From Podarcis erhardii (lineage: Eukaryota), in assembly GCA_964252035.1 (NCBI GenBank), contig OZ176211.1: DNA of 64,000 bases; one strand, 5' to 3'. A model generated the notes under the pieces. It ran no database searches. It saw only the letters and a program-made list of their open reading frames with translations, and was not told the DNA's origin. This document shows positions 1 through 12,913 of the stretch, piece by piece. The stretch's first letter is position 1; each line of letters begins with the position of its first letter. A program made the translations under genes and the position numbers.

Positions 1-178
1 TGTGTCAGAAAGGATGCAAATGCACAATCACATCAGCTCTCATAAAATGGATGCTCTTGAAACTGCATAAGCTATCCTTCACCCAATCAAATAATAGATT
101 ACATCTGTCTCCACTGGCTGAACCATTAAACCACTGATCAGCTCAGTACTGCCATGGTGCAAAAACGGATCTGAGGCA

Positions 179-289
179 TTGTTGTTGTTTAGTTGTTTCC
201 GACTCTTCGTGACCCCATGGACCAGAGCACGCCAGGCACTCTTGTCTTCCACCGCCTCCTGCAGTTTGATCAGGCTCATGTTTGTAGCT
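179..289 (-). mobile_element. 5'-truncated RTE/BovB-type LINE 3' end
   Basis: Minus strand reads MSLIKLQEAVEDKSAWRALVHGVTKSRKQL then a (CAA)n tail, the typical RTE/BovB C-terminus and tail. Confidence 0.85.
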
Positions 290-977
290 AGGTCCTCCTA
301 ATATCCCAAATGTGTCTGTGAGGCCAGAAAGGTTAGCAGTCTACACCTTTACAGTAAATCTCACTGAACTCAATAGGCTAATGGAGTACACATGTATACC
401 TGGAGTTCTCTATGCTGGTAATGCTGTCTAGGGATGATGGAAGACCAAGTCCAACATCATCTGAAGGGCCATAGATTAGCCACCACTGGAGCATAAGACT
501 GCACTGAAAGACAACTTTCCAGAAACATGCAAAACAAAAACTGACGTACTGCTGGGCACACGCAAACCATTTTGGATGCTCAATTATGACTAGCACAACA
601 TGGCTGAGATCAAAAGAGCTATTTTAGACATGTCCAAGGGTTTGGAACACGCCCAGTGCGATTTTCCCCCTTTCAATAAGTAGACCCTTGCCCATAACAA
701 CCACTTTTGGTTCAATTTCAAAAGTGTCTTCCTAGGTGGCCTGGTGTTTGAAAAACAAAACCACAACCTCCCTTGGGTACATGGAACTATGTTTTTCTTC
801 TGAACCATATTGGCTAAGAGCTAAAATATACCAGCCACACTATTCTATAGTAAAACCAAGCAACGGGGGGGGGGGGGGGATTCCATACAAGATGGAATGC
901 AAGTAGAAAAGTTGTATCTTCCTTCATGAAAATTAGATGTGAAAATGAGGTCAACACATGGAAGGAAAATTGAACAG

Positions 978-1056
978 CAGCATTTCTAAACCTGGTACCC
1001 TCCAGATATTTTGAATACTGTTTTTACTCTGGAGGGAACCAGGTTGAAGAAGGCTG
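978..1056. mobile_element. Internally deleted hAT-Charlie-type MITE
   Basis: Inverted arms cagcatttctaaacctggtaccctccaga / tctggagggaaccaggttgaagaaggctg; same family as 46016 and 51585. Confidence 0.7.
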
Positions 1057-4000
1057 CTTGCACATGACCTGCCAACTTCCCCATGCTTGTAAGGAGTCAA
1101 GCTTTTAATAGTGCCGTCCTATGTCTTTAAAAAATTAACTTCTGTACAACATGTGTATTTGAAAGTATTGCACAACGACTTCCAACTGTTCTTCACACTT
1201 CTTAGGCTATAAAAACTTACATTCATAATTTGTTAATTCCCAAGTGTGACTTAGCAAAAGGATTTAGTAAAGCAGCTACAACTCTTGTGCCAAGTACTTA
1301 AATATATCTTTGCATTTTCCTACCAATTTCCACAATGGAATACAACTGAAACAAGTCTTTAAAAAGTGATAGAAAACTTTACATCGTTTATGGTAAACAT
1401 TGCAATCTATCAACACTGCATCATCTTCCTTCCACTCTTAATTCTGATTTTCAGCAAAATGGTTCACATCCTATTTTCCCCACCATATATTTGAGAATCT
1501 ACACGTTAAGAAATACGGATTGCTTTTTCACCAAAGTGTGCAAAGCACTACAACAAACAGACAGACAACTCTACTTCAGTTCAGGGATTATGTTAAACTA
1601 TCAATTCAACAGTTTTCCTGGGCCTCTTTTACAAATTTCAATACCAAGTGCCTTTATAACCTATCTCAACCATAGGAGATTTCCCATCTCTTCCCACTGT
1701 CACTTACTCCTCTCTTGATATGATGTATCCAATGCCTCAACTGTCAAGCCCCAACCCTCCTAGCTCAGGGGAAAGGAAGTGTTGGGTGGGAACTTTCCTT
1801 TGTGGCCTAAAACCCTGTAACAAAGGGTCCCTCCATGTTTCCTCCAACCCTAATCTCTCAGTGGGCCAGTGAGGAAAGGGGCACAGTGCTTAGGGTGGGG
1901 TGGTGAGAAGGAAAAATAGTGGAATAATTACCACAGAACTCTGAAACAACCTTGCTTCCAAGCCATAACAAAGCACCAATAAGGAAGGAAGGAATTTCCT
2001 GAAGAGGAGGTGGTGCTTTTCCACTTGTAAAGACTGCCCTTGCGACTCCTGAGAAAGAAATGTTATTTCCTGTCTATTTTCACGGTTTATTCTAAAATGC
2101 GTGATTCAGTTTTCCATCTAGTTAGTTTAGAGTGTGGTAATTTATGTTTTAAAAAGTCAAGGCAAATCACTAAAATCCCCACTAGTAAACACATAAAACA
2201 TAAAAAATATCATCAGCAATCTTGTATCCAATGTGATGGTTCAGATGCAACACAAAACCATGGCTTGACATTATGCGAGGAAGCAGAAATGAACCTTGGA
2301 ATTGAATGCTCCCTCTAACTAGTCTGATTCTACTTTGCAGAGAAAGTGTTAAACCAACCAAAAGCTTACATCTACCTTAAAGGAAGAGAGGACCACTTCT
2401 GTGCCCTAGGAGGTCACAACTCGAAAGGGTAGGAAAGGCAAGGGATTGTTCCCATAAAATTAAACCTTGCAGACATTCAGAAAACAGTGCCACCTCTCCC
2501 TTTGGCAGAGTTGAGGGAAGTGTGAGCATTCTTCCTCTCATTATACATGCCATGTTAAAAGATGGACCTGCAAGCAGCAAGTGCATTAATGAACCCTTAC
2601 CACTCATCCTTCTTCTGGTTTTAAGAGATGATAGAAGTATCTAGCTCAGAAGGGAAACGCATTGACAGGGGTGCCATTCCATTACTCGGTACACTTACTG
2701 GGAATAAATTGAGACTTTGGGGATGATGACCATGCTCTTCTAGATGCCTAAAAACTGGGCCACAACAGGAATGATGCAAATCTCTAGAAAGGCTGCTAGA
2801 TGGATCCCTCCTGTGCTTAAAATCATAAAAGTAGCTCTTGCCTCTTGCAGTGGTGGTCATGATTGTGGGAATGTCTGTATTCTTCTGAAGGGGCTAACCT
2901 GCTCCTCTTCCAAGACCTATTTCCTCTTTTGCTCCTCTGCTGGTTAAAATCCTTGGATTTCATTTCCTCAGCAATCAATTATTTAACCCATCTCAATACA
3001 TAAAATCCAGCAAACCTCTTAGCAACAGGCTAAGCAAGTCAAGCAGCTGCTGAATGGGGTAACATATATAAAAATTCCAGGGAACATTCATTCATCTGAT
3101 CAACCAGGAAACACTGCTATTTATGCTTCACCTTTCCTTTATCTATTCCTTTCCCCTGGACTCTAGAAGCTAGTACAGCAGCTTCCTAACTGCATACAGC
3201 ACACAAGCATAGTCAATTAAGTAAATATATCTATGAACTGGTACCTTTCTGACACTTCCCAATTTGTAGATCATTTAATGAATTTTCATCATTTACCATT
3301 AAGTTATCAATCACTATACATTCATAATAGACTACATGATTGACGGTAGCTTCAATTCCTGTAGAGCTGGTATACAAAAGATGCCTTGCAGATCTATGTT
3401 AGCTAACAAAAGCAGTATTCTAAGCAATGCTTTAATTATTTTATTTTTTCTTTAAGCTTCCAGTATTACCCAAGAATACACACCAAAACCAAAATCTTCA
3501 ACATTAACAATTTCATTTTGAGAGTCATTAAGGTTGTCGTAATATAAGTGCCAGATGGCGATATTTCAAATCACAGGACTACTTTTTCAAACCAGGTCAG
3601 AGGCTACACTTAAAGGATCATATTCAAAACATCATCCATTAGCTTTACCACTACTTATTATTGAGTTTATCTAAATCCACTTGGTACATAAATTATTTCT
3701 ATTAATACACTTTTTGCATAATAATTATTTCTTGACAATATCTTATTGATAAGTTTTTACATGTGAGTTCAATTTATCTCTATTTAATTCTTAGGTTGCA
3801 AACAAATGCCAGATACAGAGAGGACATTTGTGTAAGCATGCACATAAGCAAAGTACCTATATGAACATGGTACGTATGGAGGATTTCCCCCCCTTTTAGC
3901 ACCAACTCCTCATGCAATGGAGCGTACGGGAAGCTAGAAAGTTTCCATGTGCATGCAGATAAGTGGCAACAGAATCAAACACTAAAAGTAAAATTTGTTC

Positions 4001-4518
4001 CATCAATAAAGACAGAACAATGTTTGCATCTGTGAGTAAGCATTAATGATTAAGAATTTAAAAATTCCCACAGTAGGTTAGTTGGGAGATTCAATGAATC
4101 AACAGAAAACCATCAGCAACTGCACTATGAACCAAGATCTGACATTTCAATGTATATTGTTTATAAGTAATTTAAAATTAATGTAAAGTATATCAGAAAA
4201 AGTGTGTAAATTTTAAAGCATTAATTTTTATATGGTGTCTCTTGTGAATAATTCCTTAAAGTATATCATACACATCTCCCATTTCTGTTAATGTATTTAA
4301 GGCGTAGTGTTGACTATGCAATGAAATGCCCCAAAATAACAACTGCAATATAGCTTGATAATAAATCAAAAAGAGGCCCCAACTTCCCAAACGACCGGCA
4401 ACTTCCAGCATTATCCTTGGGCAGCAGCAGCAGCCGACAACTGTCATCTTGAACTGACTGCATAGGGGAAATAAACCAAGAAAGCTCAGCAGCTGTTAAG
4501 AGCCCCCACATTTAGGCT

Positions 4519-4558
4519 ATTATTACAATTTTACAGATGAGGAACCAGAGCTGAGAGA
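4519..4558 (+). mobile_element. CORE-SINE (MIR-like) core fragment
   Basis: attttacagatgaggaaccagagctgagaga matches the MIR core; an opposite-orientation core piece occurs at 43460-43492 (cacctcgcagggttgttgtgaggatcaaa). Confidence 0.55.
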
Positions 4559-4755
4559 TACTGGCTGGCAACATTAAACCTCCAAGAGAAACCCAAATTC
4601 TTTATCTCCCCATGACAACCGATTACCTTGGATACTGAGCCAATATCTGTTGATGGGACAAATCGCCAGTTTCATCTGAATAAATATTACTTCTCTGAAA
4701 CACTTGTGAGTGCTTTCAAGTATCATTTATCAGATTCATATACTTTTTCCATATA

Positions 4756-4969
4756 CAGTGGTACCTTGGGTTATGAAATTCATTTGATCTGGAGGTCCGT
4801 TCTTAACCCGAATCTGTTCTTAATCTGAGGCTCACTTTCGCTAACGGGGCCTCCTGCTGCAAGTGCGTGATTTCCGTTCTCATCCTGGGGCAAAGTTCTC
4901 AACCCAAGGTACTACTTCCGGGTTAGTGGAGTTTGTAACCTGAAGTGTTAGTAACCCGAGGTACCACTG
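4756..4969. mobile_element. Tc1/mariner (Tigger/pogo-type) MITE, copy A
   Basis: TIRs CAGTGGTACCT / AGGTACCACTG flanked by TA on both sides; 214 bp. Confidence 0.9.
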
Positions 4970-5017
4970 TATTGAGGGTGATCTGGGCTCTGTGACTCAA
5001 TACCAACTACAAATCTA

Positions 5018-5243
5018 CAGTGGTACCTCGGGTTACATACGCTTCAGGTTACAGACTCCGCTAACGCAGAAATAGTACCTCAGGTGAAGAACTTTGCTTC
5101 AGGATGGGAACAGAAATCGTGCTCTGGCGGCACGGCAGCAGCAGGAGGCCTCATTAGCTAAAGTGGTGCTTCAGGTTAAGAACAGTTTCAGGTTAAGAAT
5201 GGACCTCTGGAACGAATTAAGGACGTAACCAGAGGTACCACTG
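5018..5243. mobile_element. Tigger-type MITE, copy B (same family as 4756, opposite orientation)
   Basis: Same TIRs and TA TSD; the interior is the reverse complement of copy A (e.g. ggcctcctgctgc vs gcagcaggaggcc). Confidence 0.9.
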
Positions 5244-5381
5244 TATTGGACAGACAGCCTAGCTACACTTATCCTTTTGGTCTATTGCAATGTACTGTAC
5301 ATGTGGATGTGGTCTGGAAGCATCATCCCGTTGAAGAGGAGGAGGCAAGATTGCCCACAAGGACTGGCTGATACAGTCATA

Positions 5382-5735
5382 CAGTGGTGCCTCGCAAGAC
5401 GAAATTAATCCGTTCCGTGAGGCTCTTCGTATAGCGGTTTTTACGTCTTGCGAAGCAAGCCCATTGACAGCTTAGCGGATTAGCGCTATTAGCGGTTTAG
5501 CGGCTTTTAGCGATCAGCTGTTAAGCGGCTTATCAGCAGATCAGCTGATAAGCGGCTTAGCGGCTTAGGAAAAGGGGGAAAAGGGGAAAAAAGCCCGCAG
5601 GAACTCGCAAGACATTTCGTCTTGCGAAGCAAGCCCATAGGGAAATTCGTTTTGCAAAGCGCCTCCAAAACGGAAAACCCTTTCGTCTAGCGGGTTTTCC
5701 GTCTTGCGAGGCGTTCGTCTTGCGGGGCACCACTG
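5382..5735. mobile_element. Tigger-type MITE of a second family with internal TTAGCGG-like repeats
   Basis: 22-bp TIRs cagtggtgcctcgcaagacgaa / ttcgtcttgcggggcaccactg (1 mismatch), TA TSD, CpG-rich. Confidence 0.9.
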
Positions 5736-8594
5736 TATATTGACAATGCTTTGTGTAAAAACTGATTTCCAGTTGTTTCTGCGCCCACTTCAGAGTGTTG
5801 GTATTAAACATTTTATTTAGTACCGGCATGCAGTGGATTCAAAGAGTCCAGCAAAGCTGGATGTGTCCAAGGTTCTCCATCCCAAATTAAGGACTTCATT
5901 TCATGGCACTTCAGATCACACCCCTAAAAAAAACACAGCACACAAGTATCTGATAAACCTGAAAATAGTGTAAAGTTTACCATACACTGAAAATGCCAGA
6001 GTAGAGGAAGGAAGGGAAGAGAAAGGACAACCTTGTAATCAGAGGTAATGATTTTACCAGAACTCTCCAATCCCAATTCTTTTTAAGCAGAAGGATGCTG
6101 AAGTACAACCTAGGGCATGTATGAGGCTAGTGAATTGGAACCTACAAAGTTACCACAGCAAATTCCTCCCCCGTCCCCCACAAACACCCCATAATTTTAA
6201 ATATCTCTTGCACAAAAAACCCTGGATCTATTTCTATATAATTTGAGAGGCTTCTAACTTGTGAGCCACTTCAGATCAACTGGCCACAAAACACTGGGAG
6301 AAATCAAATGATTTCTCCCAAAAACTGTAAATGCTTTTCTGGACATTTTATTGCTTTGATTTTTACTTGCAAACCACCCAAAGTGTTTGGTTGCTCTATA
6401 AATATGGAAAAGAAAATGAATGCAAATAGCACTAGACACTGTACTTTACCAAGTAACAAACCAAAAGGACAGGAATCAAAAGGGCTTGCAGACACAAAAC
6501 CTCAAAAAGGATGAATAAATAAGAGCTTTAATTTAAAATCTGGTTGTATTTTGCCAAGGTGCTTTTTCTTTGATATCTATTCATGACTGACCTGCATTAC
6601 AGCTAATAATTTTACTAGGATCATAAGCTATAAAACAAACAGTGCCTAGCTTAATTCCACAAGTTACTGACAACCCCATTTTAAGGCCCATGTAATTGGA
6701 AGGAACTGTGCTGACAGATTTGCAAGGGGGTGGGGTGGGAAGACATAGTATTGTTTTACACCAGGAATGTTGTCACAATGGGGGTATAACCAGTCACTAA
6801 TCATTCAGTCAGATAACAGGCTAAATGGAGGTGGGAAATGATAAACAATTTGAAGACACATTAGGAACAATTTTATCCATAAGCAAAATCTAAAAAACAA
6901 TTTATTTTTGTCTTACATCTTTATAGTGAAGCTCCCCAAAAATCATTTCAATACCTTTTTATGTCCAGCCCAACTGAACCCTTTTGGGGCCCAATCCTGA
7001 AACTGAATGTTATCCATTTTGGGCTTCTTGTTTCTTTAACCTATTTTTAGGGGGCTGGATGGAAGAAAGGCACTCAATTTATGGCCAACATAGTTTCAAT
7101 CTACATTTTGAGAACTTTACACAGCATAAAAACAAGCAACACTGCAAGCTCTTCACCAAGTGGCAATATCCCCTTTCCAAAATGTTTCATATAGAGTTAT
7201 CGTGGGAAAGCACAAATCTGAACTAAGGACATTAAATACTGTGAAATGTGTATTCTAACAGAGGTATAGTTTTCTTGTTAACCCAGGTAAAGATACTAGT
7301 GCTGGCTCTATACCTTAAAAATAAGATTAAACTACGTTTTAATACACATGCAACTGCATTGTCACTATCACCAAAACCTTAGCTTAGCTTGCACTTTGCT
7401 ATAACTGGAAGGCTGACTGAAATCAAACAGAAGCACATTCCAGAAGCTGTTTTGCCATTTAAAACCATGAAATGCCCAATTTTAAAAAGGTATCATTTGT
7501 ATGGAGATGCAGTGCAAAAAAAATTAAATGGTGCTTTCCTTAAACACATAATTATAACAACTACAAAGATTTGGGGCATATGAATGACTGGAGTCGTCTG
7601 TCGCTTTTAAACTATCTGAAGGGTAGAATTTAAATATTTATTTCATTTCTATTATATACAGGAACAACAGTGAAACCTTCAGATAACTTTTTGGAGCTAC
7701 CTGACACAAAGAATAAATGGCAAAGCTAATGAGTTTTGATGGAATAAGAAATGGATAACAATCATTTTATTGAAAACTGGATGTTAACTCAATACCAACA
7801 GGGAACACCATAATTACTAAAATTACAATTTTTGGTGTTGGGGGAGAATAGCAAGAATTGAACACTGCCTCAATTGTCATCAAACATACTGAAAGGGCCC
7901 TGCCAATATTTGATAATTTCTTTACAGGGAAAAGGACACACAAAATGCAAATGGGATAATGACATATTTTTCATTAAAATACTGTTTGCCTACTTCTCTC
8001 TGTGCAAACGCTAGCCTAAATGTGAAGGCTAGGGGTGCTAAATACAGTAGGCATCAGTTGCAAGTATTTCAGCGTTTCCTCTGTGTAGTAATGTTAAGTT
8101 CTCCTAGCCCAAAATGGTCAAAGCTAGTCTGTTTTGCATACAAATGACAGTGTTATTACAGAGAACCAAGACTGCAGAGCACACCAAGAAACTATGCACC
8201 CTGTTTCTCTAGCCAATGGGGGGGGGGTGATAGCACAATAGCATTAATATTCTAATGTTACATTAGTCTTTCCACTGCATGCATGTATTTACTGCACTAA
8301 AGTTTGCAGCATTAGCCTAATTCCAGGTGATCCCCAGTTGCCTACTGCTGAAAGACACACACGTATCAATCTTTCATCAATCTCTTAGCCAATTTATGTA
8401 TTGTAATACAATACAAACCATATTCACCTCCTTAACATTAGCACAAATTAAAAAGGTTTCTCAACCACTGATTCTTATTCTGGGAAAAGTGGTTTATTTA
8501 CTATATATACAACTTGAGAAGCAATACATAAACAGAAGCCAAACAAAGAAATGGAAGAAGAAAAGCTACAGACAACTGGTTGAAGTGAGGCTTT

Positions 8595-9545
8595 GCCTCT
8601 TGCTGTTGCAGGCATCCATCTGCCTCAAGAGACCATGGAGTGTGCCTCCAGGGGTGGTCAAACTATTGACTTAGCAGCACTGAAGTTACCTTCCTGGAAC
8701 ACAAGCCTGGGCAGTGTGTATGGAGGTCCTGGGCTGCCCAGACAACAACACCGCCTCCCTCAGCCTCGCTGATGTGGTCCAAAGGAAAGCCGAGTTTGGC
8801 TGCAGGAGTTGCTGGAAAGAGGTGTGAAAGGGACTCAACTGCAGATTTGAGTATGATTTACTTCTTAGTCATTTCTTCCCCTGAAGCGATCCCACAAGGC
8901 AGCAGAGGTTTTAGATGGGCTAGCTTCCCAGCCGTGTTAGAAACTCAGATATATATGCTAGGTGTCAAATAGCTCCTTAAACCAGGGTTAGTGTCACCAA
9001 AACAGAATGTCTGGTTGCCAGTGTGGGGCCAGATGGCTTGAAAATCTTATTTTTCAACACGACTTTTTGGTTCCTGAAATTCGTTCTGATGGGGCAGATA
9101 AAATACCACAAATAGAATTCAACAGGATGTGTTGTTCGTGTGTGAAAACAGGAAAGATCCAAGGATCCCCAGGCATGCAACTCTAGATGGTGGAGACCTC
9201 AGACGCCATCCTAGCACAAGTGCATCTTCATTTGGTCACAAGTGGTTGACAGGCAGGTGCAAAATGCATCTGGTGCCATGTGCAGAAACCACCTTCTTGA
9301 CTGTTGGACCCACTACTGGTCTTTTCTGCTCAATCCACCAGAGCCTAACTCACTGAGGGATTGAGACCCATCAGCTACCTTCACCTGGTTTAGCAAGCCA
9401 GATAAAGCAGTTTTCCAGGGTGTGGCTGCTGTCACATTCTGACAGCATCTAAATGCAGCAGATTCTGGTAGAGTCCTAAGACAACAGATAGGGTGGGCAG
9501 GTTTAAGGCTCGCAAGAGGCACTTCATTTTTCCACTAACTAGAGC
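8595..9545 (+). mobile_element. Probable degraded retroposon segment (RTE-related 5' region)
   Basis: GC-elevated block resembling a squamate interspersed repeat I recognise (gcagtgtgtatggaggtcctgggctgcccagac...gatgtggtccaaaggaaagc). Family and boundaries uncertain. Confidence 0.4.
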
Positions 9546-12139
9546 TGTGAAGTGTGGCTCAGGAAGGCAGACACAGAATTATGACACAAGGTGCTCTGAG
9601 AACATGCTCAGGCTGAGAATTCAAGCTTCCTAGATTTCAGCAGCCCACTAGGCTGCACACACAGAATACCTTTAAAGCACAAACAATTCTGTGCACTGTA
9701 GATTACCCCTTACAAAGTTAAAATTCCCAGCAGCCCTTACAAACTCCAGTATCCAGAATTATTTGTGGACGGAAATATGCCTTAAAGGTAATGTGCCTTA
9801 AAGGTATAGTGTTTATACTACCAAAGCAGTAAAAAAAAAAAAAAAGATTTGTTATTGTTGCTATGGTTAAACCACTGGGAACTGGATGCCCATTCTGAGA
9901 TGCAACCAGTAGATCCCAAACTATATTCTGTGCTGCAATGGACTACACCAATTGAAACTTCGGGGGGGGGGGGTTACTGCTCTCTTATGTTCAAAATTTC
10001 CCGCAAGTGAAAACACCACTGGAAAAAAAGATCTATCCTGCTCATTCCCTGCAGTGCTAGTTTTCTGACTGCAAAGTGATTTCGATATATAGACAAAAGT
10101 TTTAAAAATGTGACTTCCCCTTCATTATCCAGTGTGACTTTTCCATTTTATTGGACTACATATGCACCACAAACTTGGAACTGCTTAATATCAACTTAGC
10201 AGTACATAATTTAAAAAGCACAAACACAGAAAAGACACCAAATCAGCTATTATACTAAAAAGCTCCTTAGACAGTTTCCAAAAGCTTTGATCAAGAAAAA
10301 GGGCATACAGTCAACAAAATGCCATTTTGCAGATTTGTTCTTAACAGTACTCAACCTTGTAATTTTAAAAAGCTTGCTAAAAATTCTTATCCATGAGACA
10401 ATACACTTCTACTTCCAGTGTAGACAAGCTCTACACTGCTTCCAGGATAGAAAAGTTCTAGGCACATCCACAAGCAATTAAACCAGCATGCACTGACGAG
10501 GTTTTTAATCGCACACATCTCGAAAAAAAGTGAGGAGCAATTCACTTTACCAAATCCCAGTTCAAAGGCATTTGTGTGTTCACGGGATAGAATTAGGAAG
10601 ATGCCCTCACTACATTGCATTACACACCTGCCAATTTTTTTTTGTTGCAGCAAACCTATCCAAGCACATGATTTAGTTACTGTATCAATTTTTTTTAAAT
10701 TTAACTGATTTTATCTTTTTTATAATTATGTATATATATTTGAAAACAGTTTGTGGATTTTAACTGTGTTTTATCTACAATTTTATTATGTACATCATTT
10801 AGAAAGCTATTTGATTAAGCAGTTAATACAGTTTTCCAAGCAAATAAAAAAATAAGCACACACAGATACTCAAAGATACACACTTATGCCTGGCAGGCAT
10901 ACACACAGTGTAAAAACAAGAATATTAAATCACACGTTTAGATAAATTTTGTAGTTTCCCTACAAAATTCTTACGTATAGATAAGTGCTTTCATGTGTGA
11001 AGCAAGACAAGAATATGCTACATCTAAGCCAAAATCAATGACATCTTCTATAATAAACTAAACATTTCAAAATATTCCTTATGTAAAGTAAATGCCATTT
11101 CAGACACATCTGATAGGCAAGAACTGAGCCCCATTAACAGACTCATCTTTTAAATTTCTAGAATTAAAGGGCTCTAACGTAAGTATTTTAAACTTTTACG
11201 TATTTAAAAGATGCAGGAAAATAATAGCATTTGTATGGCTTATAAAAGGAACATCAGAAAGCTTCTCTAAAAACATATTATACATTTTCTCTACACAATT
11301 TAAACTAGCTTTTTTGTAACTTTCTTCTACTCCTGCCTATTTATAGAATGACTATTTATAGAATCATCTACATTTGATGATTGTGTACTACCGAAGGATG
11401 ATAAAACTCAAAGTGCACCGACAGTGTAAGAGCACAAACTACAAGCAGCAAATCATTCTTTCTCTGAGCGTCCCCTGTGTCTGCACACAGCCAGAGAAAG
11501 AGGAGCACCTTATTCAGGATTAAATGAAGCACGTTTCATTTGACCGGGGAGGGAAACAAATTATATGGACAAGGAGTAATAATCAAAAACATTCACTAAC
11601 ACAGGCTCTCCAGACTCTCTTTAAAGAGGAATTCTTGATGAAGTGTTCAAGCAAAATGTAAATGCACAGGTATAATACTTAGAAAATGTTCACATGGAGC
11701 GTCCAGTGTTCTTTTGTGCTGATTAGACCTCAAAGTACTGAAGAACATCTGTCCAGTTCCAATAAGGTTTAGCACTCGCATTTCCAAAAACTTCACATTA
11801 GAAATCTCAAATGAACCATCCCACTGAGACAATGTTAGTTTACTCAGCCAGCACAGAAATATTAATCACCAAAATAGCACTTGTGCCTGTGGTTTCTTTT
11901 CTTTCTTTTTCTAATAGATATAGGAAAATGTGTCCATTGCCATTCACAGACAAACAGGGACTAATCACTTTGAAAAACTACTCTTAATATGCAAACTGTA
12001 AATGATGAGCTAATTAATGCAGACATTTGACTAGAGCATCTTTGGTACTTGTTACTTCTCCATTAAAGAGAGACGTGCATAGGTCCAAGAGTCAGTACAC
12101 ATTCAAAGTAGTCAATGTATCGATTAAATAAATGAAGAA

Positions 12140-12364
12140 CAGTTGTACCTTGGTTTTCAAACAGCTTAGTTCCCGAACGTCGCAAATCCGGAAGTGCCTG
12201 TTCTGGTTTGCAAACTATTTTTGGAAGCCGAATATCCGACGGGGCTTCTGATTCACTGCAGGAGCTTCCTGCAGCCAATCAGAAGCCGTGATTTGATTTT
12301 CAAACGTTTTGGAAGTCGAACAGACTTCCGGAACGGATTTCGTTCAACTTCCAAGGTACAACTG
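12140..12364. mobile_element. Tigger-type MITE, third family
   Basis: TIRs CAGTTGTACCTTGG / CCAAGGTACAACTG, TA on the right side; interior shared with 53767. Confidence 0.88.
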
Positions 12365-12875
12365 TATCTTCTAAAGAAAACAGCCAGTTCAGTCAACTAA
12401 TGATACCTGTTCTGCAAGACTTTACTTTTTACTTGTAGCAACCTGAACCTTTGGGTTCCATTTAAATCATTGTAATCCAAGTTAGAAGTAAATATCGGAA
12501 ATCCTGAAGTAGGGCCACAATATCTAGAGAAGCCACACTCAAGTATCAACTTTGCTTTTGAGCATTCTGATTTACTTTTTAAAAAACAGGAGGACAAATA
12601 CTGTAGACTCTGTTCACCACATTATAACAATCAACATGGAGGATGAGTATATAACTAAATGTAACGCTAATCAAAAGTAAGATTCTTCTGGATATTATTC
12701 AACTCAGCACCCAAGAGGTACAGGTAGCATTAATTAAGCTTCCTTTGCCTGGGAAGCATTTGTAATTTCATTTATTATGCATTTCCCAGGTCTTCCTTTT
12801 TCGGTTGGGGAGAAACTGAATCACACACGGAATTATAGGTTCAACCATCACATCCTATACTACAGAAATGGCATG

Positions 12876-12878
<3 letters not shown>

Positions 12879-12906
<28 letters not shown>

Positions 12907-12913
12907 CATACAT
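12879..12913. repeat. (CATA)n microsatellite
   Basis: Directly seen, about 8-9 units. Confidence 0.95.

Noticed and set aside
2320-2990. Coding-like composition suggesting a hidden exon or pseudogene
   Set aside because: All frames are interrupted, with no recognisable peptide and no match to IGF2BP3 exon 3. Possibly an old repeat.
11860-11880. aatcaccaaaatagc resembles part of SNORD65, a copy of which I recall in human IGF2BP3 intron 2
   Set aside because: No C box or D box and no further similarity; chance match.
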